This document shows, piece after piece, positions 12,011-25,700 of a stretch of 64,000 nt of DNA. How positions within the stretch are numbered: the first letter of the stretch is position 1; each line of letters begins with the position of its first letter. The DNA comes from Mobula hypostoma (Eukaryota): the NCBI RefSeq assembly GCF_963921235.1, contig NC_086108.1, forward strand, positions 25,916,001-25,980,000. Reading direction: 5' to 3'. A program made the position numbers and the translations under genes. The notes under the pieces are model-generated. The model ran no database searches. It worked only from the letters and a program-made list of their open reading frames with translations, and had not been told where the DNA came from.

Positions 12011-12527
12011 TGTGGACCAGATTCTGGATGCTCAACTGAAGAAAACACCTGAGTCAACTGCATCTAACAAAATGGACACATTACAGTCACCAGATTTACC
12101 CCACAGTGATAATATCACTGACCGCAATGTGACACCCGAAACTAAGAAGGTTGTCTTAGAGAAGACACCTACCAAACCTGATGCCACACCACAGGACCAG
12201 AGGCATAAAGAGAATGTTATTGTTGATAAGACACCTGCCAGACCTGACGCCACTTCACAAGTCCAGAGATGCTACCCTGAAAGAAACAGAGCGCCAGCCA
12301 AAAGACTGAAACTTTTGGATGTTTATTGTGAAAACATGTTTATTTGGAATATTGGTTTATAAAAGAGAAATTGAATGTTTTCTACATATACAGTTTTATG
12401 TTGCATGATTCTAAAGGGAGAGGAAGTATAATGCATGGATCTATTTCCTTTAGTGCAATGACCCCAACCCTGCCACCCCCTCGCACCCCTGGACTATGTA
12501 TTGATCTGTTGTCTGTGCATGCAAGTT

Positions 12528-15095
12528 GAATAGGAATAGGAAGTATGTTCTGTACTGGGTGTCAGATGTGGATGTCCTGGAGACTCCCAGCCTCCTGGAC
12601 AGCCACATCTGCACCAGGTACATCCAGCTGCAGCTCCTTAGGGACTGGGTTAGGGAACTGGAGATGCAGCTTGATGGCCATCATCTGATCAGTGCAAGTG
12701 AGAGGCTGTAGGCAAGTAGTCACACCGGGGCCTTGGTGGACAGATAAGTGGGAAACAGTCAGGAGAGGGAAGGGCAAGAATCAGATACTAGAAAGAACCC
12801 CAGTGACTGTTCCCCTTAACAATAAGTACTCCTGTTTGAGTACTGTTGGGAGGGACAACCTGCCTTGGGGAAGCAACAGTGGCTGTGTCTCTGGCACAGA
12901 GTCTGGCCCTGTGGCTCAGAAGGGTAGGGAAAGGAAGAGGATGGCAGCAGTGATAGGGGACTCTATAGTTAGGGGGGCAGACAGGCAATTCTGTTGTCAC
13001 ACGAAAGAAACATGGATGGTAGTTTGCCTCGCAGGTGTCAGGGTCCGGGATGTTTCTGATCGCATCCACGATATCCTGAAGTGGGAAGGCGAACAGCCAG
13101 AGGTCATGGTACATATTGATACCAATGACATAGGTGGGAAAAGGGAGGAGGTCCTGAAAACAGACTATAGGGGGTTAGGAAAGAAGCTGAGAAGCAGGAC
13201 CTCAAAGGTAATAATCTTGTGCCTCGAGACAGTGAGTATAGGAATAGAATGAGGTGGAGGATAAATGAGCGGCTGAGAGATTGGAGCAGGGGGCAGGGAT
13301 TCAGATTTCTGGATCATTATGACCTCTTTTGGGGCAGGAGTGACCTGTCCAAAAAGGACAGGTTGCACTTGAATCCGAGGGGGACCAATATCCTAGCAGC
13401 AAGGTTTGCTAACACTATTGGGGAGAGCTTAAAGTAGAAACGCAGGGGAGTGGGAGCCAAACTGAAGAGGTGGAGGAAGGGGCGGTTAACTCACAAATCA
13501 AGAAAGCTTTTAGGCAGTGTGAGAGGGAGGATAGGTAGGTGATAGAGAAGGGATACGTTCAGACTGATGGTTTGAGGTGTGTGTATTTTAATGCAAGGAG
13601 TATCAGGAAGAAAGCAGATGAGCTTAGAGCGTGGGTCAGAACTTGGAGGTATGATGTTGTGGCCATTATAGAGACTTGGATGGCTCAGGGGCGGGAATGG
13701 CTACTTAGGGTGCCAGGCTTTAGATGTTTCAGAAAGGACAGAGATGGGAGGAAAAAGAGGTGGGGGCGTGGGACTGCTGATCAGAGATAGTGTCACGGCT
13801 GCAGAAAAGGAGGAAGTCATGGAGGGATTGTCTACTGAGTCTCTGTGGGTGGAAGTTAGGCACAGAAAGGGGTCAATAACTTTACTGGGTATTTTTTATA
13901 GACCAACCAATAGTAACAGGGACATCGAGGAGCAGATAAGGGGACAGATTCTGGAACAGTGCAATAATAACAGGATTGTCATGGTGGGAGATTTTAATTT
14001 CCCCAATATTGATTGGCATCTCCCTAGAGCAAGGGGTTTAGATGGGGAGGAACACTCACAACACGCTGGAGGAACTCAGCAGGTCAGGCAGCATCCGTGG
14101 AAAAGATCGGTCACCGTTTCGGGCCAGAACCCTTCGTCAGGACTCAGTCCTGACGAAGGGTTCCGGCCCGAAATATCAACCGATCTTTTCCATGGATGCT
14201 GCCCGACCTGCTGAGTTCCTCCAGCGTGTTGTGAGTGTTGCTTTGATCCCAGCATCTGCAGGTTATTTTGTGTTTAGATGGGGAGGAGTTTGTTAGGTGT
14301 GTTCAGGAAGATTTCCTGACACAATATGTCAATAAGCCTATAAGAGGAGAGGCTGTATTTGATCTGGTATTGGGAAATGAACCTGGTCAGGTGTCAGGTC
14401 TCTCAGTGGGAGAGCATTGTGTAAATAGTGATCACAATTCTATCTCCTTTACCATAGCATTGGAGAGGGATAGAAGCAGACAAGTTAGGAAAGCTTTTAA
14501 TTGGAGTCAGGGGAAATATGAAGCTATCAGGCAGGAACTTGAGAGCATGAACAGGGAACAGATATTCTCAAGGAAATGTATGGCAGAAATGTGGCAAATG
14601 TTCGGGGGCTATTTGTGTGGTATTCTGCATAGGTAAATTCCAATGAGACAGGGAAAGGTTTAGGGTGCAGGAACCATGGTGTACAAAGGCTGTTGAAAAT
14701 CTAGTCAAGAAGAAATGAAGAGCTTACAAAAGGTTCAAAAAACTAGCTAATGATAGAGATCTAGAAAATTATAAAGCTAGCAGGAAGGAGTTTAAGAATG
14801 AAATTAGAAGAGCCAGAAGGGGCCATGAGAAGGCCTTAGCGAGCAGGATTAAGGAAAACCTCAAGGCATTCTACAAGTATGTGAAGAGCAAGAGGATAAG
14901 ACGTGAGAGAACAGGACCAATCAAGTGTGACAGTGGAAAAGTATGTATGGAATAGGAGGAGATAGCGGAGGTACTTAATGAATACTTTGCTTCAGTATTC
15001 ACTACGGAAAAGGACCTTGGTGATTGTTGGGATGACTTACAATGAACTGGAAAGCTTGAGCATATAGACATTAAGAAAGAAGAGGTGCTAGAGTT
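12528..15095 (+). mobile_element. CR1 LINE 5' half: ORF1 (zinc finger plus SGNH esterase) and ORF2 APE endonuclease
   Basis: ORF1 CTGCQMW...HICTR, VIGDSIVRG and VHIDTNDIG. ORF2 YFNARSI, VAIIETW, GDFNFP and SDHN motifs. Confidence 0.92.
14052..14271. mobile_element. 220-bp palindromic Penelope-derived element with two back-to-back hammerhead-like cores
   Basis: Arms of ~95 bp centred near 14145. Perfect 16-bp TSD gtttagatggggagga (14036-14051 and 14272-14287) interrupting CR1 ORF2. Confidence 0.85.
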
Positions 15096-15524
15096 TGCAT
15101 GCTCATCTAGTGGGTGTTTCTTCCAGACGCTCAGCTTTCCTACCACGTTTAAACAGCTCGCTGCTTAGTAGGTCAGCTGATTACTGCAAGTCTTTCCAAG
15201 TGTAGAGCTGAGTAATTGGATCTGTCCGAATTGATGGAAATGTGGAGAGAATTTTAAAAAATAGAATTAATGTAGGATTAGCATAAATTAGTGTTTGGTG
15301 ATCAGTATGGACTCAGTGGGTCAAAAGGCCTGTTTTCATCCTGTATGATTCCAACACTATGCCTTGATATAGAACATAGAACAGCACCGTTCCTGTACTG
15401 TGTGCAATTTACATTTGAACACCCTTCACATGCCTGATGTGGACTTGCCAGAAAAAAAGGTGTTCCCAATTAACTCTTCTTAGTTTCTATCTAATGCCCT
15501 CGTAACTTGCCCTACTGCAATTTA

Positions 15525-15785
15525 AGACTCACCCACAAGGAACATACCTATCCTTATCTATATCTATCCTGAAAGTTAAGGAGTTATGGTCACTTTTTCC
15601 TAACAGCTCAACAACTGAAAGGTCAGACACCTGGTCAGACTCATTACCCAACTCCAGGTCCAATACATTGGACCGTTCACATATTGATTTAAGAAACACT
15701 CTTCCATTCACTTAACAAATTCTGCCCCATCTAACCTCTAGCTCTAAGAAGGTCCCAGATAATATTAGGGAAGTTGAAACCCTTC
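15525..15785 (-). mobile_element. CR1 endonuclease fragment
   Basis: ORF 15529..15711 VLDLELGNESDQVSDLSV...SDHN. Confidence 0.8.
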
Positions 15786-15984
15786 CCCACCGCCCCCCAC
15801 CCCCCATGACAACAGCCCTATTATTTTTACATATTTCCTTTATCTGTTACTCCTGGTAATATCAACCACAGCAAATTCTGTATATATGATATTTTCTGTA
15901 ATAATGTAGTAACTTGATTCACTGGGTTTACTGTCTTTGCTGAAACAAAGCTGCATCTTAGATATTCCTTTGCGAAAGAGCTAG

Positions 15985-16310
15985 AAGTGCTGTTATCTCA
16001 TGGGTTCTTAGGCCTTGGTTTCATTTTGATCTCAGGTCCCGTCTATGGAATCTGGGCATATCCCTGTCACTGCATGTGTTTCCTTCAGGTACTTCAGCTT
16101 CCTTCCTGGGCATACAGAAAGGTTTGTAGTCTAACTGACCACTGTAAATTACCCTTTAGTGTAGTAAGTGCCTAATACACCAAATACCTATTGACAGATG
16201 TCTTCAAGAGAATAAGTTGCAGAGTATGTCGTGAAATGAGGAGAGGGAGGAGAGGATTGATGAAGCTGTACTGTTGGGATCACAATGGACCCGATGGTTT
16301 GAACGACTCT
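15985..16310 (+). mobile_element. Degenerate HE1/V-SINE
   Basis: V-domain-like tgtttccttcaggtacttcagcttccttcc...actgtaaattaccc. Confidence 0.55.
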
Positions 16311-17283
16311 TTTTTTTATCGTGATAAGCAAGTAAGCACAAAGTTTAAGCCATGGGCCACATACTTTTGCAGGTCCAGCACTGTATGGACCAAAAGTTGT
16401 GGGGATGAGGGACCTTTATGTGAAGGAAAGACTGGAGAAGTTGCAGTTGTTTTCCTTGGACCAAAATAGATTAGGAGGAAATTAGACAAGAGCACAACAA
16501 AGTAAGCTCAAGTTAATAGAGCGAAGATGTTCTGATTAGCTAATAGCACAAGGCTCAGAGAGCACAGATTCCCAATTATGATAAAAAAGATAAAAAAAGG
16601 AAAAATACTTTTTTACATAGATAGTAAACCTGGAGTAGTCCATGACTGACAGCAGTGGAAACAATCGTGAATTTTCAAAAGGTAATGAGAAAATCCGAAA
16701 GGGAAAATTCCTTGTCAGTATAGAGTAAGTGAAATAGGACTGACTGGATTGCTTTGGAAAGACTCAACATTGTGTCAACATCTTCCTCCCATAAGAATTC
16801 TATGACAGTATTCCTGATCGGATCCAACGCCTTGTAAAAGCAATAAAGCCATACTGCAGGAATAAATAACTAGATTGGAGGATCTTCTCTGCATGTGTTA
16901 CTGATTATATGCCCAATTGATAAATTTCAGACAGTCATAGGCGTGCAAATAAGTCGAGGAAGCTGTGGAGGGCGGACAAGGGAGTTGATGAGAATAGTCG
17001 GGGCAAGATTTCTCTGTGCACTGAAACAGATTGAATAAGCTGAAATGGTCTCATTTATTTTCATATGAAAATAATAGACATTTTGTGATAAAAGTCTGCA
17101 TTAGCAAGACAGTTTTTATCACTGTTATGTGGTTTGAGGCAAACAAAAGCTGTCATTTATACATTTGTTAATTGTCCAGATGTCTGCATTTCCTAGGAAG
17201 GGCCATATATGGCAATACATTTGTATAATCTCAGGATGTACGGCAACAACTCACCAAGACTCTTCAGACAACATCTTCTAAAC

Positions 17284-17363
17284 CAGGGATTCCTAACCTG
17301 GGGTCCACAGGTTTCTTGCTTAATGGTATTGGTCCATGACATAAAAAAACATTGGGAACCCCT
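17284..17363. mobile_element. Short hAT-like MITE
   Basis: Termini cagggattcctaacc ... ttgggaacccct are inverted, with the CAGGG-type end of hAT MITEs. Confidence 0.5.
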
Positions 17364-17788
17364 CTTCTCAACCCATGACCTCCATCAGGTAGAACGATAA
17401 GGGCTGCAAACGTAGGGACTGCCCGCTCCTGGAAGTTGCTTTCAAGCCACTCACCATCTTGACTTGCTATGCCTTCACTCTCGCTGAGTCACACTCCTGG
17501 AACTCCCTCCCTAACAGCCTTGTGGCTATACCCACACCTCAAGTTCTGCAGTGGTTTTAAAACACAGCTCACGAACATCTTTTCAATGGCAAACAGGGAT
17601 AGACAATTAAAGGCTGGGATGCCCACCTCCCTTGAATTAAAAAAAAGTCTAGTGTCATATATTAGAGGATGTGCATTTAAGGTGAAAAGGAGTAAGTTTA
17701 AAAGTTTAAGGGAGATATGTGGGGCATGTTCCTTACACTAAGAGCGGTAGATGCCTGGGATGGGCTTTCAAGAATAGGGAAGGAAGCA

Positions 17789-18174
17789 GTGGGCAGTGGA
17801 GTGGAGATACATCTCTACCAAAGGAGGTGAAAGGTACTCCTACCCTCCACTAGCCTGCAGGTCACCTTTGGGCAAGGTGTAGCACCTGCTCAGCCCCCTG
17901 ATCAGGGTCACATGAAGCCATGGGAACAGGTGGTGGATGGTTGCATGAACAGTTGGTGCACATCACAAGTCCTGGTTATGTGACCACTGACACCTGGCAG
18001 ACATTCTCTGAAGAGTATTGATAATAGATGGGATCATCCATCTTGTAAAGACACTGTGCAGAAGAAGGCAATGGCAAACCATTTATGTAGAAAAATTTCC
18101 CAGGAACAATCATGGCCATGAGACCATGATCACCTATGTCATACGACAGGGCATGTTTAGATGATGATAATGAT
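17789..18174 (+). mobile_element. RTE-tailed SINE inserted in a CR1 3' fragment
   Basis: gaagaaggcaatggcaaacca (BovB/RTE-like motif), (GAT)n tail, TSD ggaagca at 17782-17788 and 18175-18181. Confidence 0.65.
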
Positions 18175-19299
18175 GGAAGCAAAGGCTATAAGTAGAGAAA
18201 TGATTATGTACGGAATGGAGGGGTATGGATCATGTACAGGCAGAAGTGATTTTGTTTTGTTATTTAGCATCCTGTTTATTGCAGACCTCGTGGGTTGAAG
18301 AACCTGTTCCTTTTGCACTCTTCTATGTTCTACGCTCTATATACTGTACAGAAGAGCTCATAAGCTACCAGTTGAGTACTCAACCACTTTATGTAGTTTG
18401 AAACTTTATCTTAATTTTAATCTTAAGTAAGATCAATTTGTTTTTTTCAAAATTTTCAATATTTTAGTACCAGCGGGAAAAAGCATTTGCATTCTGTTGA
18501 ACAGTCCAAATTCGTTTAATCAGAATTCATTTGTATGATCTAAGTATGTTCCCATTTTTCTAAATCTAAACTGAGTTACTCCCAGTCTTGTTCTTGCTGT
18601 TGCTCTGCAGGTACATTCTGCCATCGTCCTATGCTTTCATATGCTGGAACTTTCCTCTTTCAATTTTGTCAAATGTCAGCTGCTAATTGGGTGCAGCTCC
18701 ATGTGCGAAAATTTTTGAATTCTGCCAGGTTCAGAGCTTGTAACGTGCTACTGCTGACAATAGCCACACGTTCAATTTCCTTGTGTTCTGAAATGGAGCC
18801 TTGGCAATTTTCCTGGGTTTTGTTTAAAATAATCTCCACAGCAAATCAACAACTATTTGATTTCTGTCAATCTTACAGTATGAAAGTAAGTCCTCGTGTT
18901 AAAGATGGGAGAACAAAGAGTTCTGATTTACACCATTCAGTGGAATGATATGTCCCTGCTGCATTGATAGTAGTTGTGTTCCATTACTTTTAGTTGTGTC
19001 CTACCATTGGATTTACTTAATAGATTGGGGGAGGGGGCGGGGGCGGGGGCAGAGGCAGAAAGTTTTATTCCAATTGTTCCTAAGAGATGTATGTGAACTA
19101 TTGTATTGAGTGACAGAATATCCCACCTTAGCTTTATGATTAATTCAACAGACTGGAAATTGGTTCTCAGTGTTTATTCAGCACCGTGCAATACATAATC
19201 GATTTTACCTTGAATTAAATTGGACTGGTTATTTCCAGATAGGTCTCAGCAAATGTGTTTGTGACCTCAATATGGAGTCAGACTTGTCTGTAAATATAT

Positions 19300-20945
19300 C
19301 AAAGTTCAAAGTAAATGTATTATTGAAGTATGTACATGTATGTTGCCATATATTACCTAGAGATTCATTTACTTGCAGGTATTTACAGGGGGAAAAAAAC
19401 GATAGAACTTCACAAAAAACAATACATAAGCAGACAAAGACTGAAAAACACCAATGTTCAATGTGCAAAAACAGGACAAATTGTGCAAATAAAAGTAATA
19501 CTGACATCGTGGCCTGTAAAGGGTCCTCGAAACCAAGTCCGTAGGTCATGGAAACAGGGCAGAGCTGTGGTGATTAAAGTTATTCATGCTGGTTCAGGAG
19601 CCTGATGATTGCAAGGTAATACCTGTTCCTGAACCTGGTGGTGTGGAACTTAAGAGTTTGTACCTCCTGCTCAAAGGAAGTAACGAGAAGTGGGCATGTT
19701 CTGGAGGGTGGGGGCCATTGATGATAGATGTGGATTTCTTGTGGCAGTGCTCCACATAAATGTATTCAATGGTGCAGAGGGCTTTGTCCATGATAGTTTG
19801 GCTGTGTCCATCACTTTCTGCAGACTTTTTTGTTCCTGACCATTATGCAACCAGTTAGGATACTCTTCACTATGCATCTATAGAAGTGTGCCAAAGTTTT
19901 TTGGTGACATGCTGAAGCTATGCAACTTCAAAGAAAGTAGACGCACTGTTATGACTTCTTTGTGATGGCAGTTGCGTGCTGGTCCCTCGACAAATCCTCT
20001 GATATATGGATGGCAAGGAATTTAATGGTACTGAACCTCACAAACCTCCATTCCCCTAATGAGGAATGGCTTATGGGGAGAAGAGGAAGAGGTACAATGT
20101 AGTAGGTGATAAGTGAAACTGAGAGAGGGGGAGGTGTGAAGTAAAGAGCCGGGAGGTCGATTGGTGAAAGAAATAAAGGGCTGGACAAGGGGGAATCTGA
20201 GGAGAGGACAGAAGGCCATGCGAGAAAGGGAAGGGGGAGGAGCACCAGAGGGAGTGATGGGCAGGTAAGCAGATAGGCGAAAGAGGAAAATAGGAACAAG
20301 GAAGGAGAAGGAGGTGAAGGGCGGCAATTACCAGAAGTTCGAGAAATTGATGTTTATGCTAACAGGTTGGAGGTTACCCAGATGGAATATAAGGTATTGC
20401 TCCTCCAACCTGAGTGTGGCCTCATCTCAGCAATGGAGGAGGCCATGGACTAACATGTTGGAATGGGAATGAGAAGTAGTATTGAAATGAGTGACCACCG
20501 GAAAATATTACTTTTCCTGGCATAATTATGGCTAATGAGTTGTGGGCATGCTAGGTTGGCGCTGGAAGTGTGGTGACATTTGCAGCTACCTCAACACAAT
20601 CCTCAAACTGTGCTGGTGGATGATGCAAACTATACATTTAACTGTGTAAGTTTCAATATTTTGACGTACTTATGACAAATAAAGCTAAATGAGCTCCTTA
20701 CTTCTGCTGATGTTGAGTGAGAGGTTGTTTGGCACCACTCAACTAGAATTCCAATCTCTCTTCTATATGCTGATTCATTGCAACCTTTGATTTGGCCATC
20801 AACAATGGTGTCATTAAGATGACTTAAATATTGCACTGGAGCTACATTTTGCAACACAATCAACAGTATAAAGTGAGTAGAGCAGGGGTCTGAACACACA
20901 GCCTTGTGGTGCACCTGTGCTGATGGAGATTGTGGAGGAGATGTA
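19300..20945 (-). mobile_element. Rex1/Babar LINE fragments, interrupted by a Penelope fragment
   Basis: aaagttcaaagtaaa tail. Peptides QKSLQKVMDTA and KFLAIHISEDLS; SAQVHHKAVC is the shifted GAPQGCV motif. Confidence 0.7.
20075..20515 (-). mobile_element. Penelope-like element 3' end: GIY-YIG endonuclease C-terminus and pyrimidine-rich 3' region
   Basis: Minus strand reads PVVTHFNTTSHSHSNMLVHGLLHC*DEATLRLEEQYLIFHLGNLQP, the V..HF...H and E..LI..L...P.G.N-like pattern of PLE endonucleases. Confidence 0.8.
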
Positions 20946-21899
20946 TAGGGAGCTATCGAGGTCCAGGTTTTATAGAGATTAGGATCCTTGAGACTGAAAA
21001 AGGACATCTTGAATGCCACTATTGTATTGGTTTCCACTACCGCCCCAGCACCCATCATTCTTTGTGTAAAAATCTGCCCTGCACACCTCCTTTAAACTTA
21101 CCTCACCATAAAGCTACATTTGTATTAACATACAAATGTCAAATATATTGTATTGACCATACAGTTGTATTGAATTTATACCCTGAGAAAAAGACTCTAT
21201 CAGTTTACTCTATCTATGCCTCTCTTAATTCTATAAACTTCCATCAGGACTCTCCTGAACCTCAGATTCTCCTGAGAAAACAATCTCCAACCTCTTCTGA
21301 GTGACAACATAGGCAGAGTGTGCTACACCTCTAAGCTTTCACCAAAGTCTTTACAGCCTTCCTGTAATGGGGCGTCCAGAGCTGCGAGCAGTTTTCCCAG
21401 TGCAGCCTAACTAAGTTCTACACAACTGCAACATTAGTCATGGCTACACCCTATTCCCCAATAACGTATGCAATCTGCCATATGCATTCTTTACCAATCT
21501 ACCTACATATATTGCTATTCTCAGGGATGTGTGGACTTGGATCCCAAGACACTTCCTCAACCATCCACCCAACACTTCTACTCATTCTTGACATTCCTCA
21601 TTGTTACTCTCACCCCAAATGCACTTGAACCATCTGGGGGTGAAGAGGAGCTAGTGATCTCTACAGATTGCACAGTCTCTGGTGCTAGGAGGAGGAGATT
21701 TTGGAAATAATAAATAAATGGTATCACTGGCTGTTGAAACTGAATACATAGGAAGCTCTCAGAATCCCTGCAATGCAAATAAATAAAAGCCACCCACCGG
21801 TCGTATGGCATACAGTCATTCTGACTTGGTTCAGAGTTTGTACATTGCCAGGATTGTTATGACTTTTATTTTCTTCTGGACCATAATACAACAATAGGA

Positions 21900-22118
21900 A
21901 ACAGAAGGCATTCACAACTGTTGTTCTCTTCCATGCCTTGTGGCACATCAGGTGGCATTTTGGCATTTCTGTGGCATTTGTTTTTTACAAGGCCGAGTTG
22001 CTAGCTCAATGCTCAACCTAGCGTGGATGGAAATGGGAATGCCAGGAGCCGGCTGGATTAGAACTCAGGACCATTCACCTCAAAGTCCAGTGCTGATTCC
22101 ACTAGACTACCACTTGGC
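21900..22118 (-). mobile_element. tRNA-derived SINE, same family as 4972-5246
   Basis: Minus strand tggtagtctagtgg...gagttctaatcc...gttgagcattgagctagcaactcggcc matches the 4972 copy. Confidence 0.7.
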
Positions 22119-22749
22119 ACAAATCATTCACAATACAGAGGGGGAATTCAATCGGTGTATGTCTTTTTCGATGTTTATTATAGCATCAAATCTCTCACAA
22201 ACGGTTAACAGCACTAGTGTTTCCTCTTTAAACATATACCTGGTTGAGAAGCTGTTTCATATGTCCCCGCCTCTCAGTTGGTAACAGTGAGGATGGCACG
22301 AGGAACTGATGAGAGTGCACCACAATGGAGCTCATTCACTCAATGCACCAGCGTAGATCCTGCCATTTCAGGGGGATCATCAAGAAGCTGGACAGGTTTC
22401 CTTCAAGTTATTCATATCATGCAAGGAAGGAGATGGCGTAGAAGGGGCAGCAGAGGATGGAAGAATGGGTCTCTGCAGTCACTGCTCAACTACATGCATA
22501 TGCTCTACCCTGAAATGAATCAATGAAATGGCCAATCAGTGGATTACTCCTTAATCTTCCAACATGATGTGTTAACTGGTGACTTTTACCCTTAGTCCCA
22601 GAATCACAACATTACCTATCAATTATATCTGGTAGGCATCCAGTTGTTGTTTCAACAATAGAACATAGAGCTCCACAGCACAGTACAGGCCCTTCAACCC
22701 TAAGTAACCTACTCTAACCTTGTAACCTACTTTAAGATCAAGCTTACTC

Positions 22750-25700
22750 TTCCCTCCTACATAACCTTTCTGAATTACTCTCACTGCAATCTTCAGCCTG
22801 TAATTTCTCTCTACGCAGTATACTTTTGAACCATCTCAATAAACTAGCTATTTTACGATCTTCTGGAGGTCTTGGAAGACTTAACTCTCAAGCATGCAGG
22901 TACAGTACCTTAAGTAGATGAATGTACATTACCATGGCTGGAAGAGAGGGAGGAGGGGAAGACTCCAAGCCAGGCTGAAATGTCAAGCAATTGAAGTTCC
23001 TCTACTCAGCATCTTGTTAGCAAATGTATAGTCACTGGAAAACAACACTAAGGACCTAAAGGCAAGATTGTTGTATTGGAGGAAAATGAAGAATTGCAGT
23101 GTTTTGTGTTTCATGGAGACATGGCTCACTCCAAACACTCCAATACATCGGTAAGACCTGATGGCTTCTTGATACGCAGGATGGATTGGACTGCTGTTTC
23201 AGACAAGAAAAGCAGTGGGGATCTGTGCTTCATGAGTGCTTGGATCTGGCAGTTTTGTGTGACTCTTGTTCTCCCAACATGGAGCATCTAATGATTAAGT
23301 ATCCACTGTTCTACTTAGTAAGAGAGTTCTCCTCCACAATCTTCACCACAGTTTACGTGCTGTTAAAAGCCGACGTTCACCTGTCGCTCGAGATATTAAA
23401 TGCTGCCATCACCAAACAGCCCATCCCAAAGAATTTCAAATCATAGTCAGGGACTTCAATCAGGCCTGCTTGACAAAATCTCTACCCAACTATCTTGAAC
23501 ATATAACCTGCAGTATCAGGGGTTCCAACACACTTGATCACTGCTATACTACAATGAGGAATGTCTAAGCTCTATGTCTAGATCATATTTTGGGAAATCT
23601 GATTACTTGGCTGTCCTCCTACCTGAATACAGGCAGGGGCTGAAGTCCAAGTCGCCAGAGATAAGATAAAGACAACAAAGAGTGGGGGGAGCGGCCACAG
23701 GATTACTTCAGGTTGGTGAAATGGGACGTGTTCAAAGGCTCAACAGAGGGTCTGAATGAATACACCACGGTTGTCACAGAGTTTATAAAGACAGTTGTAG
23801 ATGAATGTGATACCACAAAATCATTCAGAGTCTTCTCGAACCAGATCCCCCGGATGAACGATGAGTTCCACAATCTGCTGAGGGCCAAATCAGAGGCATT
23901 CAGGTCTGGTGACCAAAAAGATACAGGAGGTTCAGTGACAATCTCTGGAAAGTCATCTCACAGGTGAACTGGCAATTCTGGACTAAACCTGAATCACTGA
24001 AGGATGCTCAACAGCTGTCACAGGGCTTGAATTCTGTAACCTATTACAAAGTGAAACCAAGCAACACAGGCAACAACAAGGTTTCACTCCCAGGTGAGCT
24101 CAATAACTTCTATGCTCGCTTTGACCATCAAAACATGGAGGAACCTTCACGTATACCCACAGCACCCAATGACCTTGTGATTTCAGTATCTGAGGCCGAC
24201 ATAAGAGGTTTCTTCACGAGGGAGAACCTACAGAAAGCATCTGGCCCAGATGAGGTACCTGGCCGAGTACTAAAGACCTGTGCAGATCAATTTGATGGAT
24301 TGTTCACCGATATCTTTAACTTCTTGCTTCAGCAGTCTAAGGAACCCATCGGTTTCAAACAGGCTTCAGTTATACTGTTGCCCAAGAAGAACATGGCAAC
24401 CTGCCTTAATGAATATTACCAGTAGCACTTACATCAACTGTGATAAAATGCTTTGAGAGGTTTGTGATGAAACAGATCTACTCCTGCCTGAGAAGCGACT
24501 TGGGTCTGCTTCAATTTGCCCACCAACACAACAGATTCACAGCAGATGCCTTTTCATTGGCTCTTCACTCAACCCTGGAACATCTGGACAGCAAACATTA
24601 GAATGCTCTTTATTGACTACAGCTTGGCATTCAATACTATCACCCCCTCAAAATAGATCAATAAGCTTCAAGGCCTTGGCCTCAATACCTCCTTGCGCAA
24701 TTGGATACTCAATTTCCTCACTTGCAGGCGCCAGCCAATTTGGATTGGCTAAAACATCTCCTCTACAATCTCCATCAGCACAAATGCACCACAAGGCAGT
24801 GTGCGTAGACCCCTGCTTTACACTTACGACTGATGCTAAGCGCAGCTCCAATGCTATATTTAAGTTTGCTGATGACAGCACTGTCACTGGCTGAAACAAA
24901 GATGGTGACAAATCAACATATAGTCCAGAGATTCAAAATTCGGAGTGGTGCCACAAAAACAACCTCTCATTCACTGCCAACAAGACTAAGGAGATGATTA
25001 TTGACCTAAGGAGCAGAAAACCAGATGTCCATGAGCCAGACCTCAGTGGGGATGAGAGGTGGAGAGGATCTACAACTTTAAATTCCTTAGTGTATGAGAG
25101 GATCTGTCCTGGGCCCAGCATGTAAGTACAATTACAAAAAGAGTAAGGCAGCATCTCTACTTCATTAGAAGTTTGTGAAGATTCTGAAACTTTGACAAAC
25201 TTCTATAGAAGTGTGGTGGGGAGTATATTGCCTGGCTGCGTCACAACCTGGTATGGAAATACCAATGCCCTTTATTTACAAAATGTAGTGAATATGGCCC
25301 AGTCCATAATGGGTGAAACCCTCCCCGACCCTGAGCACATGTACACAGAGCGCTGTTGCAGGAAAGCGACATCCATCATCAAGGATTCCCACCACCCAGA
25401 CATGCTCTCTTCTTACTGCCATTAACAGAAAAGTGGTACAGGAGCCTCAGACCCAGACCACCAAGTTCAGGAAAAGTTATTACCCCTCAATCACCAGGTT
25501 CTTGAACCAGAGGCCATAACTTCACTTAATTGTTCACACAGCCTATAGACTGACTTTCATGAATTTGTCATCACATGTTCTTGATATATTATGCTTCCTT
25601 ATTTATTATTGTTAATTTTATTTCTTTTTTTATTTGTACTGTTTGTTGTATTTTTCCCATTATTTGTTCATCTGTCCTGGTGGGTGTGGACTTTCACTGA

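Larger units (their letters stand above)
9359..12527 (+). mobile_element. Ty3/Gypsy LTR retrotransposon, internally deleted (no RT/RNase H)
   Basis: 5' LTR tgtaatatatggatctatttc (9359 to ~9552) and PBS-like ttggcaaagag. PPT aaagggagaggaag followed by 3' LTR tataatgcatggatctatttc at 12427, truncated where a CR1 begins. Gag, protease and integrase remnants lie between. Confidence 0.88.

Noticed and set aside
18611..18885. 275-nt plus-strand exon, or a 7-nt microexon at 18879-18885
   Set aside because: Splice-like signals are present, but the peptide is unrecognisable and I have no independent support.
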